Shown in pieces: positions 18,916-31,209 of a stretch of DNA of 64,000 nucleotides; the stretch's first letter is position 1; every line of letters begins with the position of its first letter. A program made the translations under genes and the position numbers. This DNA is from an uncultured Acidimicrobiia bacterium (GTDB taxonomy: Bacteria; Actinomycetota; Acidimicrobiia; Acidimicrobiales; Ilumatobacteraceae): positions 107,476 through 171,475 of the forward strand of contig CAWJQF010000008.1 of assembly GCA_963844915.1 (NCBI GenBank), given 5' to 3'. Under the pieces are notes generated by a model, which did no database searches, had not been told where the DNA came from, and saw only the letters and a list, made by a program, of their open reading frames with translations.

Positions 18916-19239
18916 GTGGTCGCGCTGCTGCTGCTGAACCTCGGCAACCGCGCCAGCACGGGTCTCTCGGGCCTCTTCCTCGGTGTATGTGCGGCGCCCG
19001 GTCTGCTCGCCGTCGGTGCCCCGTTCTCGAGCTCCAGCTGGTACCCGTTCGGGATCGCCATCAGCGTCGTGCTCTGGCTGGTCGTCGGCTTCATCGTGTC
19101 GCGGCGGGTGACGCGCAACCCGATGGCCACCTGGAGCGACTACTGGCGGGACTATGCCTACGTCGCCGTCGGCATCTGTGCCGGCTGCACCGCCGCCCTG
19201 GTCATCGCCCGGATCGTCATCGGCGACACGCTGATCTGA
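18916..19239 (+). CDS. small 3-TM membrane protein, unknown function
   Basis: VALLLLNLG..., GAPFSSSSWYPFGIAISVVLWLVVGFIV, YAYVAVGICAGCTAALVIARIV. GTG start. The N-terminus may extend further (see findings). Confidence 0.45.
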   Translation: MVALLLLNLGNRASTGLSGLFLGVCAAPGLLAVGAPFSSSSWYPFGIAISVVLWLVVGFIVSRRVTRNPMATWSDYWRDYAYVAVGICAGCTAALVIARIVIGDTLI

Positions 19240-19334
19240 TCTTCGCCTCGCAACCAGAGGTTGCTCGGCGAACTCGAGGCGCCGGCCTCCGACCGGCACC
19301 CACCCGCACCCCCTGCCCAACGCAGAACGCACGG

Positions 19335-20042
19335 TCACACCCGGACGAGGTCCCGTAGCGCGTCGAGCTTGGCCGGCCCGATCCCGCGCACGGCTTCCAG
19401 ATCCTCGACCGACGCGAACGGGCCGTTCTGCTCGCGGTGCTCGACGATCGCCGCCGCCGTCGCCGGACCGATGCCCGGGAGCGCATCCAGCTCGGCCGCG
19501 CTGGCCTGGTTGAGATCGACCGGCTCGGGAGCGACCGTGACGGCCGGTGAACCGGTTGCGATCGGAACCGGCTCACCAACCATCGGCACGTACACCCGCT
19601 CGCCGTCACCAACTGGGGCGGCGAGGTTCAGCGCCCCCGGATCGGCCCCGGGAACGGCGCCGCCGGCGGCTTCGAGCGCCGCCTGCACACGGGCACCAGG
19701 CGCCAGCTCGTACACACCTGGGCTGACGACCGCACCGGCGACGTGGACGACGAGCGGACCAGCCGTGGTCGGCGGTGCCGGGCCCGGCGGTGCGCCCGCT
19801 GACCCACCGGACGCGACGGTCGCCGAGCCGGCGGTCGCCGACGCGAGTGGCAGCCCGGCTTCGGTCGGCGGCGACGGTGACCGCAGCAACCACCAGCCGA
19901 CCCCGACCAGCAGGACCACGGTGACGGCTCCGGCGATCAGTCGGCCGACACCGAACCACTCGATCCACGGTCGAAGCGGGCCGATGCGGCCTGGCGGTGG
20001 TCGCTCGGGGACCGCGGGCTCATCGAGGTTCTCGACGAACAT
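19335..20042 (-). CDS. comEA: ComEA-type DNA-binding protein (TM anchor + SLBB + helix-hairpin-helix)
   Basis: N-terminal TM anchor, VVHVAGAVVSPGVYEL (SLBB), and C-terminal LNQASAAELDALPGIGPATAAAIVEHREQNGPFASVEDL (HhH). Confidence 0.85.
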   Translation of the reverse strand: MFVENLDEPAVPERPPPGRIGPLRPWIEWFGVGRLIAGAVTVVLLVGVGWWLLRSPSPPTEAGLPLASATAGSATVASGGSAGAPPGPAPPTTAGPLVVHVAGAVVSPGVYELAPGARVQAALEAAGGAVPGADPGALNLAAPVGDGERVYVPMVGEPVPIATGSPAVTVAPEPVDLNQASAAELDALPGIGPATAAAIVEHREQNGPFASVEDLEAVRGIGPAKLDALRDLVRV

Positions 20043-20122
20043 GACGTCTCCTCACTGCGCGGCGCGCCGGGCGCGCCGGAGAACGAGGGGGACGTCGGTG
20101 AGGTGACCCTACCGGGAGGGTG

Positions 20123-20830
20123 TCAGAACAACTGCGAGGTCAGCCGGCGCCGGTACTCGGCGGTGCGCGGGTCGTCGTTCCCCATCAGCTCGAGGATGTC
20201 GACGAACTCCTGGCGCGCTTCGTCATCGTCCTTCACCCGCGTGAGCAGGTCGGTCAGCTTGGCGTCGTGGTCGTCGACCGGTGCAGCGCCGACACGAGCG
20301 GCCGCGGCGACCTTGCGCGTGCGCTCCGACTCAGGGATGCGTTCCAGCAACGTCAGCGCCTCGGCGCCGTCTCCTCGCGCGACGAGCAGCTCGCCGAGCG
20401 CGACGATCACGTCCTCATTGCCAGGCTCGAGCTCGAGGGCCTGGCGCAGGCTCGTCTCGTCGCCCGCCGCCAACAGCTGCGAGAGCTCGGTCTCCGTCTC
20501 CGTCGGCAGCAAGGTGTCCACGAACCGGGTCACCTCGTGCTCGGGGTAGGCGCCGACGAACCCGTCGACGACCTGGCCGTCCTTCAGCGCGTACACCGCC
20601 GGGATCGACTGCACCCGGAAGGCCTGGCTGATCCCTGGGTTCTCGTCGACGTTCACCTTCGTCAGCACGACCTTGCCATCGGTGGCCTCGACGACCTTCT
20701 CGATGATCGGCCCGAGCGTGCGACACGGCCCGCACCACGGTGCCCACAGGTCGACGACGACCGGCACCTCCTTCGACCGCTGCACCACCTCGGTGTCGAA
20801 CGTGGCGTCGGTGACATCGACGTAGGACAT
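20123..20830 (-). CDS. thioredoxin-domain plus TPR co-chaperone (YbbN/CnoX-like)
   Basis: VVVDLWAPWCGPCRTLGP is followed by a helical TPR-like C-terminus. ATG at 20830; the ORF-track upstream extension was rejected. Confidence 0.85.
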   Translation of the reverse strand: MSYVDVTDATFDTEVVQRSKEVPVVVDLWAPWCGPCRTLGPIIEKVVEATDGKVVLTKVNVDENPGISQAFRVQSIPAVYALKDGQVVDGFVGAYPEHEVTRFVDTLLPTETETELSQLLAAGDETSLRQALELEPGNEDVIVALGELLVARGDGAEALTLLERIPESERTRKVAAAARVGAAPVDDHDAKLTDLLTRVKDDDEARQEFVDILELMGNDDPRTAEYRRRLTSQLF

Positions 20831-21018
20831 GGATTCGAGGCTACCGGTGTGCCAAATCCACGGGCGGTTCGACACGGCGGGCGCTCCAGCGCCTTCACCC
20901 GCCGCATCGACCAGATGTCGAATCGCGTCGTTCAGAAGGTGGGCACCCAGTCGGCATCGGCCGGCGCTCCAGCGCCTTGGGCCGGCCGCATCAAGATCGT
21001 TGGTACCGTCGGGTCGCC

Positions 21019-21897
21019 GTGGTTGATCACCGCTTCGTCGCCGAGATCCCGACGCTCGACGCACCTGTGCTCGTCGTGATGCTGACGGGGTGGATCGATG
21101 CCAGCGGCGCCGCCGCAGCGGCGATGGCGGCCCTCGAACAGGAATGCAACACGTCGGCGCTCGTCGAGTTCGACGACGACCTGTACATCGACTACCGCGC
21201 CAGGCGGCCCATCCTCGAGCTCCGTGACGGCGTCAACGACCACCTCATCTGGTCGTCTCCGTCGCTGCAGCACGGCCGAGATCCGAGCGGTCGCGACGTG
21301 CTCACCCTGAGCGGTCCGGAGCCCGACATGGCCTGGCACCGCTTCGCCTCCACGATCGCCGAGCTCGCCGACCAGCTCGGTGTCGTCCGCATGGCTGCCC
21401 TCGGCGCCTATCCGTTCGCCACGCCCCACACCCGGCCCTCGCACGTGTCGGCGACCTCGCCGTCACGCGACGTCCTGGCAGCGCTGCCGTTCCGCACCAG
21501 TTCGGTCGACGTGCCGGCAGGCATGGCGGCGGCGCTGGAGCTGACGGTGCACGAGCGCGGCATCCCTGCCGTGGGGATCTGGGCCCAAGTGCCGCACTAC
21601 GTCGCATCGATGTCGTACCCGGCGGCTTCCGTTGCGCTGCTCGAGGGGCTGACCACAGCGACCGGCGTCCGTGTCGAGGCAACGGAGCTGCGCAGAGAGT
21701 CCGTCCTCCAGCGCGAACGCCTCGACCAACTCGTCGAGGGCAACGACGAGCACCAGGCGATGATCGCCCAGTTCGAGCGGCTCTACGACGCCGCCGACGA
21801 CGCGTCGACGACTCCCGCCGGAGGCCTCGAGCTGCGCACCGCGGAGGAGCTGGCCGACGAGGTCGAACGCTTCCTCCGCGAGCAGGGTAAGAGCTGA
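21019..21897 (+). CDS. PAC2 (proteasome assembly chaperone 2-like) family protein
   Basis: APVLVVMLTGWIDASGAA..., LSGPEPDMAWHRF, AVGIWAQVPHYV, and an acidic C-terminal tail. GTG at 21019 is preferred; the track start is TTG at 20977. Confidence 0.68.
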   Translation: MVDHRFVAEIPTLDAPVLVVMLTGWIDASGAAAAAMAALEQECNTSALVEFDDDLYIDYRARRPILELRDGVNDHLIWSSPSLQHGRDPSGRDVLTLSGPEPDMAWHRFASTIAELADQLGVVRMAALGAYPFATPHTRPSHVSATSPSRDVLAALPFRTSSVDVPAGMAAALELTVHERGIPAVGIWAQVPHYVASMSYPAASVALLEGLTTATGVRVEATELRRESVLQRERLDQLVEGNDEHQAMIAQFERLYDAADDASTTPAGGLELRTAEELADEVERFLREQGKS

Positions 21898-21910
21898 ACC
21901 TCGGGTCCGG

Positions 21911-22396
21911 TCACGTCACGCGAAGGGCGATCGTGAACAGGATCGCGGCGACGAGCGGGGCGATCGTGCGGAGGTGGTTGGCGCCCGTCCACTCCCTGAC
22001 GTAGCGCTCCCAGTGGGCGACCGCGCCTGGGTCGTTGGGGTCCAGCTTGTCGAGCGCGTTGTTGCGGGGGATGTGGTACACCGCCGTCAGCACGACCGTC
22101 ACGAGGTACACCGCGGCGCCGATCACGGTGTACACGGCGTATGAGTCACCCCAGTCGGCGATGGCGATGATTGCCGCAGCGACCGAGGTCCCCGCCGTCC
22201 CGAACAACGCCAGCATGAACAGCGGGTTCGGTGCGTACACGTTGATCGACTGCATCGCGGCGATCCCCATCGGTGCCGGCAGCTTGGCCAGCGACCGCAT
22301 CACGAACGTCGAGAACGCGAAGAACACGCCAGCGACCAGTCCGCTCCCGATGGCGCTGATGAACACCAAGACCCCCGCGCCACCCTCAACCATCAC
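21911..22396 (-). CDS. DUF1772 (anthrone-oxygenase-like) membrane protein
   Basis: 161 aa with 4 TM helices. FFAFSTFVMRSL, NVYAPNPLFML and HIPRNNAL are typical of DUF1772. Confidence 0.7.
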   Translation of the reverse strand: MMVEGGAGVLVFISAIGSGLVAGVFFAFSTFVMRSLAKLPAPMGIAAMQSINVYAPNPLFMLALFGTAGTSVAAAIIAIADWGDSYAVYTVIGAAVYLVTVVLTAVYHIPRNNALDKLDPNDPGAVAHWERYVREWTGANHLRTIAPLVAAILFTIALRVT

Positions 22397-23235
22397 GCCA
22401 CCTCCTCGTCACCCCAGACGCCAGCGGCGGCGGCCGCCGCGGCGTACGCAGAGAAGTCCCGGGGCACACGACCGAGCGCCCGCTGCACGCCGTCGGTGAG
22501 GTAGGCGCTGCGGCCGTCGAACACTTCGGTGAACAGCTCGACCAGACCCGTCACCTCATCCTCGGGCAAGCCCGCCGCCCGCAAGCCGGCGGCGAACTCG
22601 TCCGAGTTGATCGGCGCGTAGCGCACCGGTCGGCCCATGGCTGCCGTCAGCTCATCGGCCACGTCGGCAAGTGTCAGGAGGCGCGGCCCGGTCAGCTCGT
22701 ACAACTCACCGATGTGGCGGTCGTCGGTCAGCGCGGCGACGACGACGTCGGCGATGTCGTCGACGTCGATGAACGGCTCGGCGACGTTGCCGGCCGGAAC
22801 GGCGATCTCGCCGGCTCGCACGGCGTCGACGAAAGCGCCCTCACTGAAGTTCTGGGCGAAGAAGCTGCAGCGCACGATCGTCCAGTCTGCTCCCGAGCGC
22901 TGCACGAACTGCTCGCCACGCATGGCGCCGGCTTCGTTGCGACCCGACAGCAGCACGACTCGACGCACACCGCGCTCGACGGCAAGTCGGGTCAGGGCGT
23001 CGACCGCCTCTGCGGCGCCCGGGAAAGCGAGATCCGGGACGTACGTGACGTACACCGACCCGACGCCGTCCAGCGCCGCCGGCCACGTGGTCGGATCGTT
23101 CCAGTCGAACGGCGGGTTCCCGGACCGAGAGCCGACCCGCACCGGGCGCCCGCGCGCCTCGAGCTGGTCAGCGACGCGGCGCCCGGTCTTGCCGGTGCCG
23201 CAGGTGATCAACGTCGGGAGATCGTGATGGCTCAT
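22393..23235 (-). CDS. NmrA-family NAD(P)-binding protein
   Basis: ITCGTGKTGRRV Rossmann motif and NmrA-like length. Its stop overlaps the start of the DUF1772 gene (ATGA). Confidence 0.8.
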   Translation of the reverse strand: MSHHDLPTLITCGTGKTGRRVADQLEARGRPVRVGSRSGNPPFDWNDPTTWPAALDGVGSVYVTYVPDLAFPGAAEAVDALTRLAVERGVRRVVLLSGRNEAGAMRGEQFVQRSGADWTIVRCSFFAQNFSEGAFVDAVRAGEIAVPAGNVAEPFIDVDDIADVVVAALTDDRHIGELYELTGPRLLTLADVADELTAAMGRPVRYAPINSDEFAAGLRAAGLPEDEVTGLVELFTEVFDGRSAYLTDGVQRALGRVPRDFSAYAAAAAAAGVWGDEEVA

Positions 23236-23317
23236 GGCAACGAGTCAAGTCGAGGAGGATGAGACGGTCCATCGCTGAACCGCTCGAATCCATACGCCAG
23301 CGTCTACGCTTCGGTCC

Positions 23318-24253
23318 ATGGACGCCCTCGCCGCACTGCTCGACGGCCCACGCGCCCGGGAAGCGTTCCTCCTGCGCATGGTCATGAGCCCGCCCTGGTC
23401 GGTGCGGGTCCAGGACGAGGCGCCGCTGTCGGTAGTGGCTGTCGTGCGCGGCGAGGCATGGGTCTTCCCTGACGTCGGTGAGGCGGTTCACCTAGGGCGC
23501 GGCGACGTCGCGATCACGCGGGGCCCTGTGCCGTTCACGTACGCCGACGAGGTCTCGACGCCGCCGCAGGCCGTGATCCACCCGGGACAGCACTGCGCGA
23601 CCCCCGACGGTGAGGAGTTGCACCAGGCGATGGATCTCGGCGTGCGGACGTGGGGCAACGATCCACTCGGATCCGCGGATCTGCTCGTCGGGACGTACCA
23701 GCTCGAAGGCGACGTGAGCCAACGGTTGCTCAGCGCGCTCCCGTCGCTGCTCGTCGTGCCGGCGGGCCGGCTCGACTCACCGCTCGTCGACGCGCTCAGC
23801 GCCGAGGTGCAGCGCGACGAGCCCGGCCAGGAGGCGGTGCTCGACCGCCTGCTCGACCTGCTGCTGATCGCCACGCTGCGCGCCTGGTTCGCCGGGCCCG
23901 AAGCCGAAGCGCCCTCGTGGTACCGGGCGCACAGCGATCCCGTCGTCGGCCGGGCACTGCGCATGCTGCATCACCATCCGGCGCATCCGTGGACCGTTGC
24001 CGGTCTCGCCAAGGAGACCGGGGTGTCGCGTGCAGCGCTCGCCCGGCGCTTCACCGAGCTCGTCGGCGAGCCGCCGATGTCGTACCTGACGGAGTGGCGA
24101 CTGGCCCTCGCGGCCGACCTCCTCCGCGAGCCCGACGCCACCGTCGGCTCCGTCGCCAGGCAGGTCGGCTACGGCAGCCCGTTCGCCCTGAGCACCGCGT
24201 TCAAGCGCCACCGGGGCGTCAGTCCCCGCGTGCACCGGATGGCGATGACGTGA
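23318..24253 (+). CDS. AraC-family transcriptional regulator (cupin-like N-terminal domain)
   Basis: C-terminal double HTH (WTVAGLAKETGVSRAALARRFTELVGEPPMSYLTEWRL..., GYGSPFALSTAFKRHRGVSP). Divergent from the NmrA/DUF1772 pair. Confidence 0.85.
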   Translation: MDALAALLDGPRAREAFLLRMVMSPPWSVRVQDEAPLSVVAVVRGEAWVFPDVGEAVHLGRGDVAITRGPVPFTYADEVSTPPQAVIHPGQHCATPDGEELHQAMDLGVRTWGNDPLGSADLLVGTYQLEGDVSQRLLSALPSLLVVPAGRLDSPLVDALSAEVQRDEPGQEAVLDRLLDLLLIATLRAWFAGPEAEAPSWYRAHSDPVVGRALRMLHHHPAHPWTVAGLAKETGVSRAALARRFTELVGEPPMSYLTEWRLALAADLLREPDATVGSVARQVGYGSPFALSTAFKRHRGVSPRVHRMAMT

Positions 24254-24278
24254 TCGCACTCCCCTACGGTCTGCGGGC

Positions 24279-25284
24279 ATGAAGATCGATGGGGGTCTCC
24301 CGACTCGGCTCGACACCGTCGCCGCACAGGCTGCCGATCTCGAAGCGGCCGGCTTCTCCGGAGCGTTCGCGCCGGAGACGAACCACGATCCGTTCCTGCC
24401 GATCCTCCTGGCGGCCGAGCACACCGAGACCCTCGAGCTCGGCACGGCGATTGCCGTCGCCTTCGCCCGCAGCCCGATGACGCTGGCGAACACGGCCTGG
24501 GATCTCCAGGCGTACTCCAAGGGCCGCTTCATGCTCGGGCTCGGCAGTCAGATCAAGCCCCACATCACGAAGCGCTTCTCGATGCCGTGGAGCCACCCGG
24601 CGGCGCGCATGCGCGAGCTGATCCTGGCGATCCGGGCGATCTGGGACACGTGGCTCAACGGCACGCCGCTGCAGTTCCGCGGCGAGTTCTACCAGCACAC
24701 GCTGATGACCCCGTTCTTCGCGCCCGATCCATCAGACCTCGACGGATTCGGCGTCCCGAAGATCTTCCTCGCTGGCGTCGGCGAGCTGATGACCGAGGTC
24801 GCCGGTGAGGTCTGCGACGGGTTCCTCTGCCATGGCTTCACGACCGAGCGCTACCTGCGCGACGTCACGTTGCCGGCCCTCGAGCGCGGTCGAGCCAAGG
24901 CCGGCAAGACGATGGAGGGCTTCGAGATCGTCGGCCCCAGCTTCGTCGTCACCGGCATCGACGATGAGCAGCTCGCCGCGGCAGCCACCGGGACACGGCA
25001 GCAGATCGCGTTCTACGGCTCGACGCCGGCCTACCGCGGCGTGCTCGAGGTGCACGGCTGGGGCGAGCTCCAGGACGAGCTGAACGCATTGTCCAAGCAG
25101 GGCAAGTGGACGGAGATGGGCGAGTTGATCGACGACGAGATCCTCGGCACGTTCGCCGTCGTCGGTCCGCCGGAGGACGTCGGTCCAGCGCTGCACCGCC
25201 GCTACGGAGACGTCGTCGACAGGGTCTCGTTCTACGCCCCGTACCGCAGCGACCCCGACCGCTGGACGAGGGTGATCGAGGACA

Positions 25285-25298
<14 letters not shown>
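24279..25298 (+). CDS. LLM-class F420-dependent oxidoreductase
   Basis: TIM-barrel LLM pattern: LGTAIAVAFARSPMTLA, GRFMLGLGSQIKPHITKRF, FYGSTPAYRGVLE. Confidence 0.78.
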
Positions 25299-26343
<1,045 letters not shown>

Positions 26344-26451
26344 GCCGCAACATCCTGGGGGCTGCGCCCCCAGACCCCATCGCCGTCCGGCTCCCTGGCG
26401 GTCGCACGGCCAGTGGCGCTCGCTCCGCTCACGCCGCATCACCCAGAGGCC

Positions 26452-28164
26452 TCACGCCAGTGCGAGCACCTCTTCTAGGTACTGCTGCCGGCACAGGGCG
26501 CGCTGCAACTTGCCCGACGACGTCTTGGGCAACGTGCCCGGCTGGACGAGCATCACGTCACGTGGCGGCAACCCGCACACCTCGAGCGTGCGGTGGTGGA
26601 TGGCGGTGCGCACCGCATCGAGGCCGCCCGCATCGTCCTCGGACCGACGGATTTCGGCGACGACGACCACGCTCTCCTTGCCCTTGTAGCCCTCCATGCC
26701 GAAGGCGATCACGTTCCCGGCGCGCACACCGTCGAGCGCCCCGACGGCCCGCTCGATGTCCTCCGGGAAGACGTTGCGTCCACCGACGATGATCACGTCC
26801 TTGATCCGCCCGCACAGCACGAGCTCGCCGTCGAGCAGGTACGCCAGGTCACCCGTCCGCAGCCAACCGTCCTGGAACAGCTCCGCCGTGGCCTCGGGCC
26901 GCTTGTAGTACCCGGGCGTCACGGACGTCCCGCGGATGAGCAGCTCGCCGACGTGACGGTCGGGCCGGTCCTCGAACGTGTCGGGATCGACGACGCGGAA
27001 CTCCAGCCCGGGCACCGGTGGACCGAGAAGGGGAAGACGGCGGGCGACCAGTGCGAGGTCGTCCGGATCGACGACGTCGATCGCCTTGGCGACGCCGTCC
27101 CGTTCGAGGACGACCCGGTCGACGGTGTCGCACACGAGACCGCGGTTGCGAGGCGGGAACGACCCGCCGATCGCGACCTCCGCCATCCCGAAGGCCGGGA
27201 ACACGCCGCCCGCCGGGAACCCGAACGGCTCGGCGGCGGCCACGAAGGCCTCCATCGCGTCGGGATCGACGGGCTCGGCGCCAGACAGCGCGAGCGTCAG
27301 CGTCGACAGATCGAGCTCGCGCATCCGACGCAAGGCGCGCGTCGCCAACACCCACGCGAAGTTCGGACCCGCCGTGGCCGTGCCGCCCCAGTCGGAGATC
27401 CACTGCATCCAGTTCCCCGGATGCCCGAGGAAGTCCTGCGGCGCGGCTTGCACGAGGTCAACCCCGCGCGTCATCGGGATCGAGATGAACCCGACCAACC
27501 CCATGTCGTGGTACAGCGGCAGCCAGGAGACCATGACCTCGTGGTCGGTCATGTGTGCAGCCGCGCAGCATGCGTCGACGTTCGCCGTGAGGACGCGATC
27601 GGGGATCATCACGCCCTTGGGCTCGCTCGTCGAGCCGCTCGTGTATTGCAGGATGACGAGCCGCTCAGGATCGGGGGTCGGCACTTCCAGGCGATCGCCG
27701 CTCGGCACGCCGGCGGCACCGGGCAGTACCGCGCCCATCGAGACGATTGGCGGATCGCCGGGCACCGCCTCGTAGAACGGCGCCAGCTGGTCGTCGATCA
27801 GCACGAGCTTGGCGTCGCCGTGGCGGATGCGGCCCCGGGTCGAGGAGACGAAGCTCTCCAGCGAGCCCATGCGCATCGGCAGCGGGAGCACCATGGATGC
27901 CAAACCGGCCATCCAGCAGCCGCGAATGATGGTCATCAACGCTCGGCTCGTCGGGCCGAGGATGGCGACGTGGTCGCCGGGTGCGAGACCCCGAGCTTGG
28001 AGGGCAGCACCGACGGACCGGGCCTCGTCGTGGAGTTGTCGCCACGAGACGTAGACCGGCGACCCGTCCGGAGTCACCGATGCGCCAACGAAGCGCACCC
28101 CCGTTCCAGAGTCGGCCGCCGCTTCGAGCCGAGCCGTCGTCGAAGGAGGCAGCGGCCCGGTCAT
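26452..28164 (-). CDS. fatty acyl-AMP ligase (FAAL, FadD-like adenylating enzyme)
   Basis: [72 protein letters not shown]. Only the last 570 codons of the 1277-aa track ORF are real. Confidence 0.85.
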   Translation of the reverse strand: MTGPLPPSTTARLEAAADSGTGVRFVGASVTPDGSPVYVSWRQLHDEARSVGAALQARGLAPGDHVAILGPTSRALMTIIRGCWMAGLASMVLPLPMRMGSLESFVSSTRGRIRHGDAKLVLIDDQLAPFYEAVPGDPPIVSMGAVLPGAAGVPSGDRLEVPTPDPERLVILQYTSGSTSEPKGVMIPDRVLTANVDACCAAAHMTDHEVMVSWLPLYHDMGLVGFISIPMTRGVDLVQAAPQDFLGHPGNWMQWISDWGGTATAGPNFAWVLATRALRRMRELDLSTLTLALSGAEPVDPDAMEAFVAAAEPFGFPAGGVFPAFGMAEVAIGGSFPPRNRGLVCDTVDRVVLERDGVAKAIDVVDPDDLALVARRLPLLGPPVPGLEFRVVDPDTFEDRPDRHVGELLIRGTSVTPGYYKRPEATAELFQDGWLRTGDLAYLLDGELVLCGRIKDVIIVGGRNVFPEDIERAVGALDGVRAGNVIAFGMEGYKGKESVVVVAEIRRSEDDAGGLDAVRTAIHHRTLEVCGLPPRDVMLVQPGTLPKTSSGKLQRALCRQQYLEEVLALA

Positions 28165-28203
28165 CCGAGTCCAGGCTATCTGGCTGGCCCCAACGGAAGG
28201 CTC

Positions 28204-31137
28204 ATGCGGCACGTCACGAACATAGGCTGGACGTTCGCTATGCCCACGGATGATGAACGACGCGACCAGGGTCTGACACCCGACGACGACGCTCCGCCAC
28301 ATCGGTACACGGCCGCGCTCGCCCAGGAGATCGAGGAGCGCTGGCAGGACCGCTGGGACGCCGACGGCACGTTCGAGTCGCCGAACCCGGCTGGCCCGCT
28401 GGCCGATCCCGATGCCGTCGCCGCCCGTGGATCGAAGCTGTTCGTCCTCGACATGTTCCCGTATCCGTCGGGCACGGGTCTGCACGTCGGCCACCCGTTG
28501 GGCTTCACCGGGACCGACGTGTACGTCCGGTACCAGCGGATGGCGGGCCGCAACGTGCTGTACACGATGGGCTTCGACGCCTTCGGCCTGCCGGCCGAGC
28601 AGTTCGCCGTGCAGACCGGCACCCATCCGGCGACCACGACGGCCGACAACATCGTCACCTATCGCCGCCAGATCCGCCGGCTCGGCTTGAGCCATGATCG
28701 CCGGCGCTCCATCGACACGACCGATCCCGGCTACTACCGATGGACGCAGTGGATCTTCACGCAGATCTTCGAGTCGTGGTACGACCCTGAGGCGGTCCGT
28801 CCCGATGGCGGCGTCGGTCGGGCTCGCCCGATCGCCGAGCTGCGGGCGGAGTTCGACGCCGGTGTGCGCGAGCTCGACGATGGGCGTCGCTGGTCGAGCC
28901 TGTCGTCCGGCGAGCAGGCCGACGTCATCGACGCCTACCGCCTGGCGTACGTGTCGGATGCGCCGGTCAACTGGTGCCCGGGTCTGGGCACGGTGGTCGC
29001 CAACGAGGAGGTGACGGCGGAAGGGCGGAGCGATCGCGGCAACTTCCCGGTCTTCCAGCGCAACATGCGCCAGTGGGTGATGCGCATCACGGCCTATGCC
29101 GACCGGCTGATCGACGACCTCGACGTGCTCGAGTGGACCGACTCGCTCAAGACGATCCAGCGCAACTGGATCGGCCGCTCCCCCGGCGCGCGGATCTTCT
29201 TCCCGTCGCCGGCCGGCCCGATCGAGGTGTTCACGACCCGTCCCGACACGCTCTTCGGGGCCACGTTCATGGTGCTGGCACCGGAGCACCCGATGGTCGC
29301 CGATCTCACGATCGGCGAAGAGGCGCCAGCGGTGCTCGAGTACAAGCGCCAGGCCGCGAGTCGCAAGGACTTCGAGCGGCAGGACGAGAGTCGGATGAAG
29401 ACCGGTGTGTTCACCGGCAGCTATGCCACCAACCCGGTCACCGGCCAGGACATCCCGATCTGGATCGCCGATTACGTGCTGATGGGCTACGGCACCGGAG
29501 CGATCATGGCCGTGCCGTGCGGCGACGAGCGGGACTTCGAGTTCGCCCAGCAGTACGGCCTCGACATCCCGCCGATCCAGCGGCCGCCCGACGAGTGGTT
29601 CGCCGAGCAGGGCATCGCACCGACCTTGGACACGTCGAGGTGGCCGGAGGCCTTCGTCGGCGACGCGCCGTACATCAACTCCGCCCACGCCGACCTCGAC
29701 ATCGACGGCGTGGACTCGGTCACCGAGGGCGTCGAGACCGTCAACAACTGGCTCGAGGCCAACGGCTACGGCGAGGCAACGATCACGTACAAGCTGCGTG
29801 ACTGGCTGTTCAGCCGGCAGCGCTACTGGGGCGAGCCGTTCCCCATCGTCTACGACGAGGCCGGTCGCCCCCACGCCCTGCCCGACGACCAGCTGCCCCT
29901 GACGCTGCCCGAGACCGACAGCTTCTCGCCGCGCACGTTCGACCCCGACGACGAGTTCTCCGAGCCGGAGAGCCCGCTGGACCGCCTGGATTCGTGGGTC
30001 GACGTCGAGCTCGATCTGGGCGATGGGCTCAAGCGCTACCGCCGCGACACGAACGTGATGCCGCAGTGGGCGGGCTCGTGCTGGTACGAGCTGCGCTACT
30101 GCGACCCGACGAACGAGAAGACGTTCGTCGATCCGGAGGTCGAGCGCTATTGGATGGGCCCGCAGACCGACGTGCGGCCCGACCACCCCGGCGGCGTCGA
30201 CCTCTATGTCGGCGGCGTCGAGCATGCCGTCCTGCACCTGCTGTACGCCCGCTTCTGGCACAAGGTGCTGTACGACCTGGGTCACCTGTCGTCACACGAG
30301 CCGTACGCCCGGCTGTTCAACCAGGGGTACGTGCTGGCTGCCGCCTACACCGACGAGCGCGGCATCTACGTCGAGGCCGATCAAGTGCTCTCCGGGCCGG
30401 ATGGGACCTTCACGTTCGAGGGCCGGCCCGTGACTCGCGAGTGGGGCAAGATGGGCAAGAGCCTCAAGAACGCCGTCTCGCCCGAGGAGATCTACGAGGC
30501 GTACGGCAGCGACACGTTGCGGTTGCACCTGATGGCCACGGGCCCGCTGGACGCGTCCCGGCCGTGGGAGACCCGCGACGTCGTCGGCATGTACCGGTTC
30601 CTGCAGCGGCTGTGGCGCAACATCATCGACGAGCGGACGGGTGGGCTGGCGGTCGTCGACGGACCCACGGACGATGCGACGCGTCGCCTGCTGCACCGCA
30701 CGATCGCGACCGTCAGGAGTGAGATCGAGGCGCTGCGCTTCAACACGGCCATCGCCAAGCTGATCGAGCTCAACAACCACCTGACGAAGGAGTCAGCCGG
30801 GACGTCCCGCGAGGTGGCCGAGGCGATCACGAAGATGGTGGCGCCATTCGCGCCACACCTCGGCGAGGAGCTGTGGCACCGCCTCGGCCACGACGAGACG
30901 ATCACCTATGTGGCGTTCCCCGATGCGGATCCGGCGCTCCTCGTGGAGGAGACGGTCGAGTACCCGGTGCAGATCAACGGCAAGGTGCGCAGCCACATCG
31001 TCGTTCCCGCGTCGTCGACCCCCGATGAGGTCGAGACCGCCGCGCTCGCCGACCCCAAGGTCAGTGCGGCGGTGGACGGGGCGACGCCGAAGAAGGTCAT
31101 CGTCGTCCCGGGTCGGATGGTCAACATCGTGGTGTGA
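28204..31137 (+). CDS. leuS: leucine--tRNA ligase
   Basis: [17 protein letters not shown] (HIGH), the editing domain, and KMGKSLKN (KMSKS). ATG at 28204 has GGAAGG upstream; an alternative ATG is at 28240. Confidence 0.95.
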   Translation: MRHVTNIGWTFAMPTDDERRDQGLTPDDDAPPHRYTAALAQEIEERWQDRWDADGTFESPNPAGPLADPDAVAARGSKLFVLDMFPYPSGTGLHVGHPLGFTGTDVYVRYQRMAGRNVLYTMGFDAFGLPAEQFAVQTGTHPATTTADNIVTYRRQIRRLGLSHDRRRSIDTTDPGYYRWTQWIFTQIFESWYDPEAVRPDGGVGRARPIAELRAEFDAGVRELDDGRRWSSLSSGEQADVIDAYRLAYVSDAPVNWCPGLGTVVANEEVTAEGRSDRGNFPVFQRNMRQWVMRITAYADRLIDDLDVLEWTDSLKTIQRNWIGRSPGARIFFPSPAGPIEVFTTRPDTLFGATFMVLAPEHPMVADLTIGEEAPAVLEYKRQAASRKDFERQDESRMKTGVFTGSYATNPVTGQDIPIWIADYVLMGYGTGAIMAVPCGDERDFEFAQQYGLDIPPIQRPPDEWFAEQGIAPTLDTSRWPEAFVGDAPYINSAHADLDIDGVDSVTEGVETVNNWLEANGYGEATITYKLRDWLFSRQRYWGEPFPIVYDEAGRPHALPDDQLPLTLPETDSFSPRTFDPDDEFSEPESPLDRLDSWVDVELDLGDGLKRYRRDTNVMPQWAGSCWYELRYCDPTNEKTFVDPEVERYWMGPQTDVRPDHPGGVDLYVGGVEHAVLHLLYARFWHKVLYDLGHLSSHEPYARLFNQGYVLAAAYTDERGIYVEADQVLSGPDGTFTFEGRPVTREWGKMGKSLKNAVSPEEIYEAYGSDTLRLHLMATGPLDASRPWETRDVVGMYRFLQRLWRNIIDERTGGLAVVDGPTDDATRRLLHRTIATVRSEIEALRFNTAIAKLIELNNHLTKESAGTSREVAEAITKMVAPFAPHLGEELWHRLGHDETITYVAFPDADPALLVEETVEYPVQINGKVRSHIVVPASSTPDEVETAALADPKVSAAVDGATPKKVIVVPGRMVNIVV

Positions 31138-31159
31138 CGCCGCGTGATTGCACGCGGCG
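31138..31159 (+). terminator. hairpin immediately after the leuS stop
   Basis: CGCCGCGTG-ATTG-CACGCGGCG, a 9-bp stem with a 4-nt loop, starting 1 nt after the TGA. Confidence 0.5.
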
Positions 31160-31209
31160 ACCGGGTCTCTCATCTTGCTCTCATCGAGGCCGGGCTATCG
31201 GTGGTCGTG

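Noticed and set aside
26593-28203. Upstream part of the 1514-aa plus-strand ORF that ends as leuS
   Set aside because: It is antisense to the FAAL gene. LeuS homology begins only around 28204/28240.
28165-28203. Very short (39 nt) divergent spacer between FAAL and leuS as a shared regulatory element
   Set aside because: I found no palindrome or recognisable motif there. The start codons of both genes are uncertain by tens of nucleotides.
28165-30285. Upstream 700 codons of the 1277-aa minus-strand ORF (26452..30285)
   Set aside because: It is antisense to leuS. The translation is Arg/Gly/Val-rich with no motifs. Only the part from ATG 28164 downward has FAAL motifs and good codon bias.
31144-31209. 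GTG at 31144 as the start of the ABC ATPase
   Set aside because: It lies inside the leuS terminator hairpin (31138..31159). ATG at 31210 gives a normal ATPase N-terminus.
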